Shown here: in pieces, positions 1-10,910 of the stretch
How positions within the stretch are numbered: position 1 is the first letter of the stretch
Layout: every line of letters begins with the position of its first letter
NCBI GenBank assembly: GCA_023432405.1
Contig: JAEYUQ010000010.1
Span: 39,775 to 103,774 of the forward strand
Length of the DNA stretch: 64,000 nucleotides
Source of the DNA: Actinomycetes bacterium
GTDB taxonomy: Bacteria > Actinomycetota > Actinomycetes > Mycobacteriales > Mycobacteriaceae
Direction of reading: 5' to 3'
Notes under the pieces: generated by a model
Seen by the model: only the letters and a program-made list of their open reading frames with translations
Told to the model about the DNA's origin: nothing
The model's database searches: none
Translations under genes and position numbers: made by a program

Positions 1-630
1 GTCGTTAAAGCCAGCGTTATCTAAAGCTCGGCGGATTTCCCCCACCTGGCCGTCCATCATTCCCGAGGGGCTCACAATGTGGGCACCAGCCTCAGCTTGT
101 GCCACAGCCATCTGACAGTAGAGAGGAAGGGTTGCATCATTATCGACGACCGTCCGTCCCCAGCGATCCGTTGTCACTACTCCGCAGTGCCCGTGGTCGG
201 TGAATTCATCCAGGCAGGTGTCCGCCATCACTATCAGCTCATCTCCGAACTCTTCTCGCAGAGCTCGTACCCCTCGGTTGAGGATTCCCTCCGGGTTCCA
301 GGCCTGGGAGCCTTGAGCATCTTTCTGCTCTTCCAGGGGGACCCCGAAAAGATCTATACAGGGAACACCTGCTTCAAGGAGTTCCTCGCCCAGTGCGAGG
401 AGAGAATCCACCGTGTGCTGATATTGACCTGGCATTGCAGAAATCTCGCGGGGCTCACGAATCCCGTCCGCCACAAATGCAGGCAGTATGAAATCTTGTG
501 GGTTCAACTGCGTCTCGGCCACAAACTTCCGCAAGAGTGGAGTAGAGCGCAAACGACGGGGGCGTCGCTGAGGAAAGCGCTGTCCAGGCTGCTGCAGAGT
601 GTGGGCGAAGGGTTGCTCGGGTTGATTCAT
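1..630 (-). CDS. hemB: Porphobilinogen synthase (5' part, runs off the window)
   Basis: Manual translation from ATG at 630: MNQPEQ...[35 protein letters not shown]..., a typical HemB N-terminus. Lies directly downstream of hemD. Alternative ATG at 639. Confidence 0.93.
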   Translation of the reverse strand, partial: MNQPEQPFAHTLQQPGQRFPQRRPRRLRSTPLLRKFVAETQLNPQDFILPAFVADGIREPREISAMPGQYQHTVDSLLALGEELLEAGVPCIDLFGVPLEEQKDAQGSQAWNPEGILNRGVRALREEFGDELIVMADTCLDEFTDHGHCGVVTTDRWGRTVVDNDATLPLYCQMAVAQAEAGAHIVSPSGMMDGQVGEIRRALDNAGFND

Positions 631-675
631 GCGTCCCATCATAGGCGGAGGCGCACCTCACCACGCTGGGAGCTT

Positions 676-2415
676 CTACTTCGAGGCCCCCGTACCTGCT
701 GCACCCTTCTCGCCGTTCTTCCGACGCGCACGGCGCTTCTTCTTCGGTGGCGGCAACTGTCCAGCCGCACGCAAAGCAGCCACATGAGCAGCAAGGGCGT
801 CGACAAGGGAAGGTATGTCTGACACCTCCGGCACCACGTCCACCCGCACACCCAACTCGCGGGCAGCTGCAGCTGTAGAGGGTCCAATGCAGCTAATGAT
901 GGTGCGCTGGTGAGGTTTACCGGCAATGCCCACCAGGTTCTTCACCGTGGAGGGGGAGGTGAAACACACCGCATCAAAGCCACCCGATTTAATCATGGTG
1001 CGCACCTCGGCGGAGGGAGGAGCAGCCCGAACAGTGCGGTATGCCACCACCTCATCAACACCCCAGCCTGCCGCCTCTAAGCCAGATACCAGGATTTCCC
1101 CACCAATGTCTGCACGTGGCACAAGCACACGGCCCACAGGATCAAGCTCTTCATCGTATTCGGGGAAAACCTCAAGGAGACCTTCAGCGTTTTGGTGACG
1201 TTTATCCGGCAGAAGCTCCGGTGTCATGCCAAGCTCTGTAATAGCTTGGGCAGTCTTGCGGCCCACCGCAGCCAGATGCACTCCAGCAAAGGCGCGGGCA
1301 TCCAGACCAAACTCCCGGATTTTATCCCACACCACTTTCACCGCATTGGCGGAGGCAAACACAATCCAGCGGTAACGGCCTTCCACGATCCCCTTAATGG
1401 CACGTTCCATCTGGGCGGGATTGCGCGGCGGCTCCACGGAAATAGTGGGCACCTCCTGGGGAATAGCGCCGTAACCAGCCAGGCAGGTGGTCATGGGGCC
1501 AGCCTGGGACTTCGCACGTGGCACCAGCACACGCCACCCGTAGAGGGGCCGATTCTCCCACCAGGAGTACTTGGAGCGGCTATCCACACCGCGCCCCACG
1601 GTCACCACAAGTTTCCCGTCCAGATCCGCGTCCAGCTTCCCCAAGGTTCCGAGAGTGACGTCATGGGTGCGCTGCAAAGCGGTGGTTCCGTGGACCGTCA
1701 CGGACACCGGAGTAGAAGAACTCAGGCCCCGCTCTAATAACTGCTCAGAGATAGCGGGCAGATGGGACGCTTCGGACTGAACAATCAGGGGCTGGGGGGC
1801 TGTGGCAAGCTGATCCCAATCCACCTCACCGTGAGTGAGATCCACTTCCGTGCAGGTGGACCCCACAGCAATTCCGGCAAAGGTGGGCACCGTTGCTGGC
1901 AGAGACATTCCTGGAACGATGTGGAAATCCACATCTCTGCGGCTAGCCACAGAAATCTCCGCGAGGGCGTCGTCACTGGACAGAGGGTTCCCTCCCACCA
2001 GGCGAATCACATTCTCACCCTCGGCGGTCACCTCAAGCAACCAGTCGATGACCTCCTCGGGGGTCATCCCCTCAGCCACCGTAATATCAGCGGCGGTGGG
2101 CTCAGCCGGGCGCGGAGGACGACGCCGAGCACCATTGGCTTTTGCCTCAGCCACCAGTGCGGCGTAGGAGGCCTCATAGGCTTGGCGCTTGTCCTCGGGA
2201 ACGGGGAGGGCAGACCCCACCACCACTCTGACACCTTCTGGAACATCGGCATCAACCAGCGCAATGGCGTGTTGAGAGAGCACCTCCCTGGCACGAACCG
2301 TCAAGAGATCTGGGTTACCGGGACCGGCCCCGACAAAAAGAATCTTTCCCTGTGGGGTTGGCTGAGCCGAGGACGGGGCTGAGTCAGCCGAAGAAGCCTG
2401 CTGGGCTTTGGTCAT
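676..2415 (-). CDS. hemD: Bifunctional uroporphyrinogen-III C-methyltransferase / uroporphyrinogen-III synthase
   Basis: N-terminal FVGAGPGNPDLLT methyltransferase motif; C-terminal HemD domain (RPLYGWRVLVPR, AYRT, FTSPSTV); hem operon context. Confidence 0.93.
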   Translation of the reverse strand: MTKAQQASSADSAPSSAQPTPQGKILFVGAGPGNPDLLTVRAREVLSQHAIALVDADVPEGVRVVVGSALPVPEDKRQAYEASYAALVAEAKANGARRRPPRPAEPTAADITVAEGMTPEEVIDWLLEVTAEGENVIRLVGGNPLSSDDALAEISVASRRDVDFHIVPGMSLPATVPTFAGIAVGSTCTEVDLTHGEVDWDQLATAPQPLIVQSEASHLPAISEQLLERGLSSSTPVSVTVHGTTALQRTHDVTLGTLGKLDADLDGKLVVTVGRGVDSRSKYSWWENRPLYGWRVLVPRAKSQAGPMTTCLAGYGAIPQEVPTISVEPPRNPAQMERAIKGIVEGRYRWIVFASANAVKVVWDKIREFGLDARAFAGVHLAAVGRKTAQAITELGMTPELLPDKRHQNAEGLLEVFPEYDEELDPVGRVLVPRADIGGEILVSGLEAAGWGVDEVVAYRTVRAAPPSAEVRTMIKSGGFDAVCFTSPSTVKNLVGIAGKPHQRTIISCIGPSTAAAARELGVRVDVVPEVSDIPSLVDALAAHVAALRAAGQLPPPKKKRRARRKNGEKGAAGTGASK

Positions 2416-2527
2416 GGGGATCTTTTCTACACTCGTTGCTGGTAATTACTGGTATAAGTCCTGGTGACGGCGTTGTCTAGCAGAGACCGCACCTCATGTA
2501 CGGCCGCGAAAGCCGTTATGGTATGCC

Positions 2528-3493
2528 CTAGCCTAATTGACTAGCCTCAGATTCCAAAAGCTGCGCCGCTCCCGCAGCTAGCAGCTCAGCCCCAAGATGG
2601 CGCCCAAGCTCTACAGGATCCGTTCCAGAACACGTCTGTGTGAGCTGTCGGCTGCCGTCCACGGCAAACACAGCGCCCGTGAGACTAAGGGTGGGTGTTT
2701 CTTCCTTGACGACGCCGCTGTCTGTGCCGGTTTCAGATGGCTGAGCATCCTCTGCGGCGCCAGGGTGAGTACCCTCCACCTCGGCATAGGCGGCAAGAGG
2801 GGCCGTACATCCAGCCTCCAGGAAAGCTAAAAGACTGCGCTCTGCTATCGCCGCTGCGTAGGCCTGCTTGTCCAACAGCCCATTGAGAATCTCCACTGTG
2901 GCGGTGTCAGATTTCCTGCACTCCACCGCGAGAGCTCCCTGCGCTGGGGCTGGAAGGAACCTGTCGCAGGCAAAAAGCTCGGTGACCCGATCGCCCAACC
3001 CCAGGCGGGACAAACCGGCATACGCCAGAATCACAGCATCCAGCTCCCCGGTGGCCACTTTGCGCAGACGAGAGTCAACATTCCCTCGCAGGGGGCATAG
3101 CTCCAGGTCAGGGCGCAGCGCCTTCACTTGGGCAACACGTCGAGGCGCTGAGGTTCCCACCTTTGCACCAGCTGGAAGCTCAGCCAAGGTCAAACCATCC
3201 CTGGCCACCAGCGCCTCGCGGTTATCGGCGCGACGCGGCACGATGAGATGAAACCGAGGATCGGGGGCCGTCGGTAAGTCTTTAAAAGAGTGAACAATAA
3301 GATCCACTTCACCACGGGCAAGAACCTCCCGGAGCTCCTGGGTAAACACCCCCACCCCAATGCGTTCCACCGGGGAGAGGTTCACATCTCCCTTGGTGGT
3401 AACGATGTGTAGCTGCCCATCTGGGATAGCCTGAGCAATGGTTCCGGCCTGGGTCGTGGCCAGCTGTGATCCACGAGTACCTACTGTGAGCAT
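2528..3493 (-). CDS. hemC: Hydroxymethylbilane synthase
   Basis: [32 protein letters not shown] and LEAGC motifs. Confidence 0.96.
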   Translation of the reverse strand: MLTVGTRGSQLATTQAGTIAQAIPDGQLHIVTTKGDVNLSPVERIGVGVFTQELREVLARGEVDLIVHSFKDLPTAPDPRFHLIVPRRADNREALVARDGLTLAELPAGAKVGTSAPRRVAQVKALRPDLELCPLRGNVDSRLRKVATGELDAVILAYAGLSRLGLGDRVTELFACDRFLPAPAQGALAVECRKSDTATVEILNGLLDKQAYAAAIAERSLLAFLEAGCTAPLAAYAEVEGTHPGAAEDAQPSETGTDSGVVKEETPTLSLTGAVFAVDGSRQLTQTCSGTDPVELGRHLGAELLAAGAAQLLESEASQLG

Positions 3494-4848
3494 GATGCTT
3501 CCTCTCCTACTTGAGACTCATCCAGGACGGGCAGTTGATCGGCAGTGACAGATACTGGTCTGCCCTCTGTGAGATCCAGTCCGAACAAATCCACAAGCAC
3601 TGTTTCATAGGAGACACTCTTAGACTGTGCGGCCAGCTCCTTGGCGCGCACCGTGGGCTGGTGCAGTAACTTGTCCACCACCCGGTGTACCGCGTTTTCC
3701 ACCTCTGAAAACTCTTCCTCGGAGATACCAGAGGCACGTTTCTTGAGGCGTTTTAACTCTGTCCCGGCAATCACCGCGGCGTGTTTACGCAGCGCCGCAA
3801 CAGCAGGAGCTACCTCTTTGACCCGCTGAGAAGACGTGAACTGGTTGAGCTCCTCGCGCACAATGCTCAAAGCCTTCTCCTGCTCACTGTTTTTTGCGGA
3901 AGGCGATTCCGTGGTGTGCTGAAGCAGATCAATGTTCACCAAGGTCATACCCGGTAAGGAACCCAAAGCTTCATCAATATCCCGAGGCATGGAGAGATCA
4001 ACCAGAATCAGCGGACGCTCCCGAGGCACCTCGGCTGCAGGCACAATCAGCGAATCCGTACCGATGGCAGATACCACCACATCGGAGCGCAACATGGCGC
4101 GGAAGCGATCCTCAAAATCCACAGCCTCAGCAAGAACTCCGGCCTCCAGGGAGTGCTCCACTACTCGCTCTGCCCTCTGCCGAGTCCGATTAGCAATGAT
4201 GAGCTTTCCGATACCCCTTCTTCCCAGTTCCGCTGCAGCCAAGGTGGCCATAGAACCGGCACCTAACACCAGCGCAGTTTTCCCCACATATGTGGGGGAT
4301 TGTGCCCCCTGCAACGCCCCCTCCTGCAGAGCGGTGTCCAGCGCCACAGACACCATCGAAGCCCCAGTGTTATCCACCTTGGTTTCTGAATGCACTCTCT
4401 TGCTCACGTGCATGGCGGTTTGTGCCAGGGCATGAAGCACGGGACCTATCGTGCCCAACTCCGAAGAGCGCTGGTAGGCGTTGCGCACCTGCCCCACAAT
4501 CTGCTGTTCCCCCAGCACCATAGAATCCAGCCCGGAGGTCACCAGCATGAGGTGCTCCGTGGCGGCATCTGCGTATCGCACATAGAGGTACTGGCGAAGT
4601 TGCTCCTCAGGAACACCGCTGACCTGGGACAGGACAGTGATCACATCGTGGACACCGTTGTGGAAAGCAACCGTGTTGGCATACACCTCCACACGGTTAC
4701 AGGTGGAAACAATCATGGCTTCGGAGAGAGCAGAGCACTCCACAAGCTGTTCTTGTGCTTGATCCTGGGCCTGCGCATCCATGCTGAGGCGCTCTAATAA
4801 CGTTACTGGCGCCGAGCGATGTGACATTCCTACTACCAGGACACTCAC
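3481..4848 (-). CDS. hemA: Glutamyl-tRNA reductase
   Basis: [33 protein letters not shown] and DLSMPRDI motifs. Confidence 0.96.
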   Translation of the reverse strand: MSVLVVGMSHRSAPVTLLERLSMDAQAQDQAQEQLVECSALSEAMIVSTCNRVEVYANTVAFHNGVHDVITVLSQVSGVPEEQLRQYLYVRYADAATEHLMLVTSGLDSMVLGEQQIVGQVRNAYQRSSELGTIGPVLHALAQTAMHVSKRVHSETKVDNTGASMVSVALDTALQEGALQGAQSPTYVGKTALVLGAGSMATLAAAELGRRGIGKLIIANRTRQRAERVVEHSLEAGVLAEAVDFEDRFRAMLRSDVVVSAIGTDSLIVPAAEVPRERPLILVDLSMPRDIDEALGSLPGMTLVNIDLLQHTTESPSAKNSEQEKALSIVREELNQFTSSQRVKEVAPAVAALRKHAAVIAGTELKRLKKRASGISEEEFSEVENAVHRVVDKLLHQPTVRAKELAAQSKSVSYETVLVDLFGLDLTEGRPVSVTADQLPVLDESQVGEEASCSQ

Positions 4849-5077
4849 GCAAATCTCTCCGCTTCACACTTGACAACAACTGGTGCGCCCTCAGGCACAC
4901 CCACGGGCGACAACTCCCTGCCGCCTACCCTCTGAGAGGATACCCCTGACAGGATACCCCCAAGATAAAAACGACTATCGGAAGAACTGTGAATCATTAG
5001 TTTTAACGATTGATTCGTCTTCTGCAAGTGAGGCTAGGCTTAAAGCCTTTGTCCTTCAGGTGCTCAACCGTCAGCTG

Positions 5078-5314
5078 TTACCCCAGCGCGGCGCTCAACT
5101 CCTCGTTATCCACTTCCCAGCAGGCAAATTCCTCGCCGTCAATCACCACCACCGGAACCCTATCCCCAAATTCAGCGCTCAGCTCTCCATCCTCATCAAT
5201 CACTCGGACGCGCAGGGTTGCCCCCGCCGCCTCCACCACAGGACGTATTTGCTGTTCCACACGCCGACAAGATCCGCAGGTTGTACGAACCATAAGCTCT
5301 ACTGTGTGCCTCAT
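5078..5314 (-). CDS. Glutaredoxin-like protein
   Basis: CGSC redox motif and RVPVV; conserved position upstream of hemA. Confidence 0.8.
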   Translation of the reverse strand: MRHTVELMVRTTCGSCRRVEQQIRPVVEAAGATLRVRVIDEDGELSAEFGDRVPVVVIDGEEFACWEVDNEELSAALG

Positions 5315-5507
5315 TCTGCTTCCTCCAGTGTTCACGCAGTCTCACTTCGGCTTACGATGTTAGACGGAACCGCCGCACGCTCCGAGGCAGTGATGGCCTG
5401 AGGCCACCTCCACCCCTCGCGGGCAGTCATTAGGCGTCCACCGCACAACTGAACACAGGAAACAGCACTAACTCAGCGGCAGGCTGCCGGACATCTAGAG
5501 GAGACTT

Positions 5508-6530
5508 GTGGATCCACATACACGCTCAGGAATTCGCTGGGCCGCCTGGGCGGCCAGTCGAGGCACCACTCGCCGATTCCTTGAGGAAAGGATTGTGCCT
5601 CCCCTTGACGACGCCGCTCAACTCCAAGCAGGTGTGGCTGCTGCGGAAAGTGCGGTAAAAGAAGCATTTGGCCTGGATATTGTGGACTTCACCTCAGGGG
5701 TGGAAAGTGTGTCCGGCTCAGTGGACGCCGCAGGGGGATTCCACGTCACTCAACCAGACCCCACCATTCCTCAAGACCCAGGGGCGGCAGCCTTCTTTGA
5801 TATTGATAACACTCTCATTCAGGGCTCCTCTCTGGTGATGCTGGGGTTAGGGCTCACCCGCCACAAATACGTCACCATCTCACAGCTCATCACAATGGCG
5901 TGGAAGCAGCTCAAGTTCAGGGTGTCTGGGTCAGAGAACAGCCAGGACGTTGCCAAGGGCCGGGAAATGGCTCTCAACATTGTGCGCGGACGCTCAGAAT
6001 CTGAGCTCATTGCCCTGTGTGAGGAAATTTTTGACAAGAAGGTGCCCCGCAAGCTCTGGCCAGGTACGCGCGAACTCGCGGAAGCCCACTTGGCAGCAGG
6101 CCAGCAAGTCTGGCTGGTCAGCGCCACCCCCGTCCAGGTGGCCCAGGTGCTGGCGCGACACTTCGGCTTCACGGGAGCACTTGGCACTGTCCCAGAGGTG
6201 AAGGATGACATCTTCACCGGCAGGATGGTGGGAGATATTCTCCACGGCCCAGGCAAGAAAGCTGCGGTGGCGGCGCTGGCGTCCATCGAAGGGTTAGATC
6301 TTGAGCGCTGCACGGCGTACTCAGATTCCATTAACGACGTCCCGATGCTCTCTATGGTGGGGAATCCTGTGGCTATTAACCCCGATAGACACTTGAGGAA
6401 GGAAGCCCTCAAGCGAGGTTGGAGGAGCGAGGACTTCCGTAACCTCAGGCTCATTGTCCGGGATTATGGTCCGATGGCAGGAGCCGTGGCCAGTATCTTC
6501 GGGTGGCGTTGGATGACCAAACACAGGTGA
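5508..6530 (+). CDS. HAD-IB family hydrolase (SerB1-like)
   Basis: FFDIDNTL motif I, VSAT motif II, AYSDSINDVPML motif IV. Confidence 0.88.
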   Translation: MDPHTRSGIRWAAWAASRGTTRRFLEERIVPPLDDAAQLQAGVAAAESAVKEAFGLDIVDFTSGVESVSGSVDAAGGFHVTQPDPTIPQDPGAAAFFDIDNTLIQGSSLVMLGLGLTRHKYVTISQLITMAWKQLKFRVSGSENSQDVAKGREMALNIVRGRSESELIALCEEIFDKKVPRKLWPGTRELAEAHLAAGQQVWLVSATPVQVAQVLARHFGFTGALGTVPEVKDDIFTGRMVGDILHGPGKKAAVAALASIEGLDLERCTAYSDSINDVPMLSMVGNPVAINPDRHLRKEALKRGWRSEDFRNLRLIVRDYGPMAGAVASIFGWRWMTKHR

Positions 6531-6672
6531 GCGCCCAAGGGACTGGATAAGGAAAACCTACAACCCCTCGCAGGTGGCCCCAGCCAAAGGCCCGCGACTC
6601 CACGAGCCACGGGCACATATAAATAAAACGGACACCACACGGTGTCCGTCCACAGATTGCACGCTGTTAGGT

Positions 6673-6774
6673 TTACTTGCCCAACTTACGACGCTGCACT
6701 CGGGTACGACGCAGCATCTTGCGGTGCTTCTTCTTGGACATACGCTTGCGGCGCTTCTTAATCACAGAACCCAT
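6673..6774 (-). CDS. 30S ribosomal protein bS22 (AURKAIP1/COX24 family), 33 aa
   Basis: Manual translation [33 protein letters not shown]; too short for the ORF track. Confidence 0.95.
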   Translation of the reverse strand: MGSVIKKRRKRMSKKKHRKMLRRTRVQRRKLGK

Positions 6775-6934
6775 TAGGTTTCCTCACTTCTGTTCTAGAA
6801 CGTAGTACGTATCTTGTTGTTCATCGGTAGAGAGCCAAATGAATCCGGACTTCTTCAGACTCAGGGCAAAACACGAATGGAAACAATACTAACCACCGCT
6901 AAGGAGTGAGCCAAAACGGTACTCCAGTCAACAC

Positions 6935-7008
6935 AAAAAACCGTGGCACCACCACACGAATCCCGCTACCCGACTGGACAGCGAGGAATCGGTGGCTAGT
7001 GCCACGGT
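6935..7008 (-). terminator. Long hairpin with U-tract downstream of the HTH gene
   Basis: ACCGTGGCAC (6940-6949) pairs with GTGCCACGGT (6999-7008); the A-run at 6935-6940 reads as a U-tract on the minus strand. Confidence 0.6.
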
Positions 7009-7032
7009 GAGACTAACGGCGAGAGAGGATAA

Positions 7033-7224
7033 CTATCCGACGTCGTAGAAGGAAGCGTCAAGATACTCATTGACAGCCTTCTCGTGAACTCGGAAAGAGC
7101 GACCAACGCGCACTGCAGGCAACTCGCCGGAATGAACCAAGCGGTACACCGTCATCTTGGAAACCCGCATGAGTTCCGCAACTTCAGCAACCGTTAGGAA
7201 GGTTCCCTTTTCTTCATTAGCCAT
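7033..7224 (-). CDS. Excisionase-family helix-turn-helix DNA-binding protein (Rv0500A-like)
   Basis: FLTVAEVAELMRVSKMTVYRLVHSGELPAVRVGRSFRV; core gene between proC and bS22. Confidence 0.92.
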   Translation of the reverse strand: MANEEKGTFLTVAEVAELMRVSKMTVYRLVHSGELPAVRVGRSFRVHEKAVNEYLDASFYDVG

Positions 7225-7306
7225 AATCATTAACCCTTCAAGCTCGTGGCGCGCTGTAGGCTTCCCCTCCCACAGAACGGTCACGCACGTGCTTTGACTA
7301 GCTTAG

Positions 7307-7322
7307 CGTGAACCGAGTTACA
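7307..7322. promoter_or_regulatory. Possible GlxR/CRP site upstream of the HTH gene
   Basis: CGTGA-ACCGAG-TTACA, 8/10 match to TGTGA-N6-TCACA. Confidence 0.4.
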
Positions 7323-7371
7323 ACTGCGACTTATGGGAGAAATTTTTTAGTTAGTCAAGCAAAGTTGCAGG

Positions 7372-8202
7372 TTATTGCTTGTGCGATATTCCTAGAACCC
7401 CTAATTCATGGTTACGGTCAGCACAGGCCTTCGCAGCGCGATAGAAAGCACCCCGCACTCCAGATTCCTCAAGTTCACGCAACGCAGCCACCGTAGTCCC
7501 CCCTGGGGAGGACACCTGAGCTCGTAATTCAGGCGCAGAAGCCTCAGGCTGTTGCAGCAAGGCAGCAGATCCGCCCATAGAACCAGCCACTAATTCCTCC
7601 GCGATGGTGCGCGGCAAACCTAGGTACACACCGGCGTCGATAAGGGCTTCTGCAATGAGGAAGAAATAGGCCGGAGAGGAGCCAGAAAGGGCTACCACGG
7701 CGTCCATCTGAGATTCCTCCACACGGACAACTGTGCCTACCCTCTCCAGGAGCTCCGTGACTAATGCCAGCTGCTCCTGGGTGCAGAATCTGCTCGGCGC
7801 CAGAGCACAAACGGCGTGGCGCACCACCATAGGAGTGTTGGGCATTACTCGGACCACGGGCGTACCCGCACTGAAGCATTCTTCTAGGCAGTCAATAGTC
7901 ACCCCGGCGGCCATCGACACAACGATGGGGGACTCATCGTTTTCTTCTAGAGTCTCCGCTATATCCGCCGCAATAGAGGGCACCAGAGCGGGCTTGACGG
8001 TGAGAAAAACAACATCTGCACCTGTTACAGCCTCAACGTTACTGAGCGTCTCAGAGACCCCGTAGCGCTCACGAAGTTCCGCTCCCCGTTCGGAGCGTCG
8101 GTTCGAGACGGTGATGTCCGTGGGCGGAACATCATCAGCCACAAGCCCCGCTATGAGGGCCTCACCGATTTTCCCGCCACCAATTACCGCAATTGAAGTC
8201 AT
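7372..8202 (-). CDS. proC: Pyrroline-5-carboxylate reductase
   Basis: IGGGKIG, RVMPNTP, SGSSPAY and SPGGTT motifs. Confidence 0.96.
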   Translation of the reverse strand: MTSIAVIGGGKIGEALIAGLVADDVPPTDITVSNRRSERGAELRERYGVSETLSNVEAVTGADVVFLTVKPALVPSIAADIAETLEENDESPIVVSMAAGVTIDCLEECFSAGTPVVRVMPNTPMVVRHAVCALAPSRFCTQEQLALVTELLERVGTVVRVEESQMDAVVALSGSSPAYFFLIAEALIDAGVYLGLPRTIAEELVAGSMGGSAALLQQPEASAPELRAQVSSPGGTTVAALRELEESGVRGAFYRAAKACADRNHELGVLGISHKQ

Positions 8203-8259
8203 GGGTCACACTATGCCACGAGAGCGCGCAGGCGGCCGTGGTTCGGGAAAATTCCCCAC

Positions 8260-10812
8260 CTAGCCCAGGGCTATAAGCGGCCCAAAAGTCATAATGATGC
8301 CCACCACAGCAGTAAGAATCATCATGAGGTAGTCATTCTCAGCCTTGCGGAAGATATTGACGCCAAGCACAAGCCCGCCAGTGACGATGAACGCCAGGAG
8401 CGCTACCACCAGACGGGAAATACCTACGTTCCACAGGAAACTGAATCCAAAGAACACCACAATGCCCACTACCACGCAGACGGCAGCGTTTCCGATGATG
8501 GTGCCCCACGACAGCTCTTCGTCATCGTAGTCCGCATAGTCATAGGCATCGCTGAAAGCCTGCATCGGGGAGGACGGTGCGTGAGGGCTGTGCATGGTCA
8601 TGACAGCTGCAGCACCTGTGCGAGGACGGTTGTCCGGCCGACGCTGCTTGACGGCACCCTCCTCTGGCTCCTCCTCCACCTTATCGGGCAGCATAAAGGT
8701 GGGGTTGCCTTCCAGTTTGAGACTCTCCTGCTGGTGACGAGGCACCGCCTTTCTGCTGGCAGTGGATGGCTGACGAGACTGCACGGCGTCGCTGAGTGAC
8801 GTTCCAGCCGCCAAGCGGGCCACCGTACTGGGGCGTTGCTCCTGGCGTGCAGCCTCCGCCGCCACCTGCGCGGTACGGGCAGTGCGGTTAGGACGAGGCT
8901 GGGGTTCCTCCACCCGAAGCTCATGGCGAGCACCAGTGGGAGTAGTTTCTCGACTTACCCGAGAGGCAGCCTCTCTACTACTGGTTCGTGGTCTGCGTGC
9001 GCGTGCTTCACGGGCTTCACGCCTTTCTTGCTCACGCTTGTGCTGCTCCTCCCACACCAGTTCCATGTCCCGATCACTGGCTGAGGTTCCCGCCCCCGTA
9101 GGACGAGGACGTGGGCGCTCACCCCGAATCTCACGATCCCTCCTGAGCTCCTGGGCGTCCCTCTGCGCGCGGGAATCATCATCCTCTTCGACACGGCGTT
9201 GAGTTCCTGTCTGCGAGGATGAGCGCACTCGCTCGGGCCTCTCCATGCGATCAGCATGGTCACGTGCGTCTTCCCTGTCAGGACGCCTCTGAGAACGCTC
9301 CTCAGAGACAGGCCGAAGCGTTTCAGGATCAATAGCTGGGACGGCACCTGTTACAGCCCGCACCTTGGCTTCATGGTCGGCTTTCAGTTTGGCAGCCTGC
9401 TCCTCTTGGAGTCTCACCGCCTCTTCCTGGCGACGCTGCTCCTCAATTTGGGCCTGTTTTCTACGCTCCAGCTCTTCTTCTCGAGCTCGCTCCAAGGCTG
9501 CCTGTTCCTTGGCCTCCTGAGCTCTGCGCTGAGCTTCTTCCACACGCTGTTTAAGCTCTAGCGCCTCCCGTTTGGCTTCCAGGGCACGGTGCCTGGCTTC
9601 CTCTTCTGCCTGACGCCTGGCTTCTTCTTCAGCAGCCTTCCGCCTGGCTTCTTCCTCTTGAGCTTTACGCCGAGCAGCCTCTTGTGCTCTGAGCTGCTCT
9701 TGCATCTGCCTGAGGAATTCTTCCTCACGGGCACGCCGCTCTGCTTCTTCCTGCAGTGCGCGCCTTTTAGCCTCTTCCTTGGCTTTTCTACGGGCATCTG
9801 CTTCAAGTTGTGCCGCCCGAGCCTGGTTTTGTGCCTCCCGAATAGCCTTCTCTTGGGCTTCCCGAAGCTGCTTGGCCTCCAGAGCGGCTATATCGGCAGC
9901 TCGGCGCTTTTCTTCCTGAATTCTGCGAGCCTCTTCCTGAGCCTCCTGAATTTCCAGGGCTTCCTGCCGGGAGCGCTCCAGCTCTTGAGCTAAACGCTCA
10001 GCTTCGCGCTGGCTCTCAGCACGCTTCGCCTCATACTCAATTTGCGTGCGGCGCAGTTCTTCTTTCTGCTCTTCTAGCTCTTGACGACGCCGCTCAAGCT
10101 CCATTTTCTGAGACTGGCGACGATCCTCTTGCTGACGCTCCAGCTCTCGCTGAAGGATCATCTCAGCTTCTCTGCGTTCCTGCTCTTCACGCTGGCGGGC
10201 CCGCAACTGAGCTTGCTGCTGATCCACATCGGGGGTACCAAAACCTCCGGTATCAGTGCGCTCAAAGGGACTGGAAGCGCGGTTTACTCTGCGATAGCCC
10301 TCAGCCACAGAGGCACTAGATACCCCAGAGGAACCGTAGAAGTCTGTGGATCGTCCGTACTCCTCCCGCGATGGGGTGTACTCATCCCGAGCACTGCGGT
10401 ACTCCTGCCCAGCGGTGGAGTAATCCGAGTCATAACTTACTGACCTTGGTTTCGGACGGATTTGATGCACTGGACGCTGGGATTCAATATTAACAGGCCC
10501 ACGCTGACGAGACTTCCCTGGGCGAGAAGGGGTTTCCGCATAGTCTGTAGCCCACGCCACGGTGAGGGACGTTGCCGGGTGAGACTGCGAACGGGATTCG
10601 TCACTCAGAGAGGATGACGAAGGGGACTCATCGAGGGAATCGTCCTCGTCATAGTCCTCGTAGTAGGTGTCCGAGTCAGCATAGGATTGGTAATCTTCAC
10701 CGGCACGATAGCCCGACTGCGTATAAGCAGAGACCTGATCGGCATCCTCATCTTTAGCGATTGCCAACAAGTCAGCTACGGTGAGCTGTCGATTTTGTTC
10801 GCTCATTCCCAA
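8260..10812 (-). CDS. Large coiled-coil protein with three C-terminal TM helices (Rv0497 syntenic position)
   Basis: 850 aa ORF; N-terminal LTVADLLA, long E/R/Q/A heptad-like region, hydrophobic C-terminus; between ppx and proC. Confidence 0.8.
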   Translation of the reverse strand: MGMSEQNRQLTVADLLAIAKDEDADQVSAYTQSGYRAGEDYQSYADSDTYYEDYDEDDSLDESPSSSSLSDESRSQSHPATSLTVAWATDYAETPSRPGKSRQRGPVNIESQRPVHQIRPKPRSVSYDSDYSTAGQEYRSARDEYTPSREEYGRSTDFYGSSGVSSASVAEGYRRVNRASSPFERTDTGGFGTPDVDQQQAQLRARQREEQERREAEMILQRELERQQEDRRQSQKMELERRRQELEEQKEELRRTQIEYEAKRAESQREAERLAQELERSRQEALEIQEAQEEARRIQEEKRRAADIAALEAKQLREAQEKAIREAQNQARAAQLEADARRKAKEEAKRRALQEEAERRAREEEFLRQMQEQLRAQEAARRKAQEEEARRKAAEEEARRQAEEEARHRALEAKREALELKQRVEEAQRRAQEAKEQAALERAREEELERRKQAQIEEQRRQEEAVRLQEEQAAKLKADHEAKVRAVTGAVPAIDPETLRPVSEERSQRRPDREDARDHADRMERPERVRSSSQTGTQRRVEEDDDSRAQRDAQELRRDREIRGERPRPRPTGAGTSASDRDMELVWEEQHKREQERREAREARARRPRTSSREAASRVSRETTPTGARHELRVEEPQPRPNRTARTAQVAAEAARQEQRPSTVARLAAGTSLSDAVQSRQPSTASRKAVPRHQQESLKLEGNPTFMLPDKVEEEPEEGAVKQRRPDNRPRTGAAAVMTMHSPHAPSSPMQAFSDAYDYADYDDEELSWGTIIGNAAVCVVVGIVVFFGFSFLWNVGISRLVVALLAFIVTGGLVLGVNIFRKAENDYLMMILTAVVGIIMTFGPLIALG

Positions 10813-10910
10813 TCCTGTCTCAGCTGTCCCAAACGGAGTCCTTCGCGTGAATATAACTTAGTTGATTTTACAAAATTCAACATAGTTAGATCCGCGCTAC
10901 ATCTTACAGC

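Noticed and set aside
7033..7224. Excisionase-like gene as a prophage marker
   Set aside because: Conserved core gene between proC and bS22; no integrase or phage genes nearby
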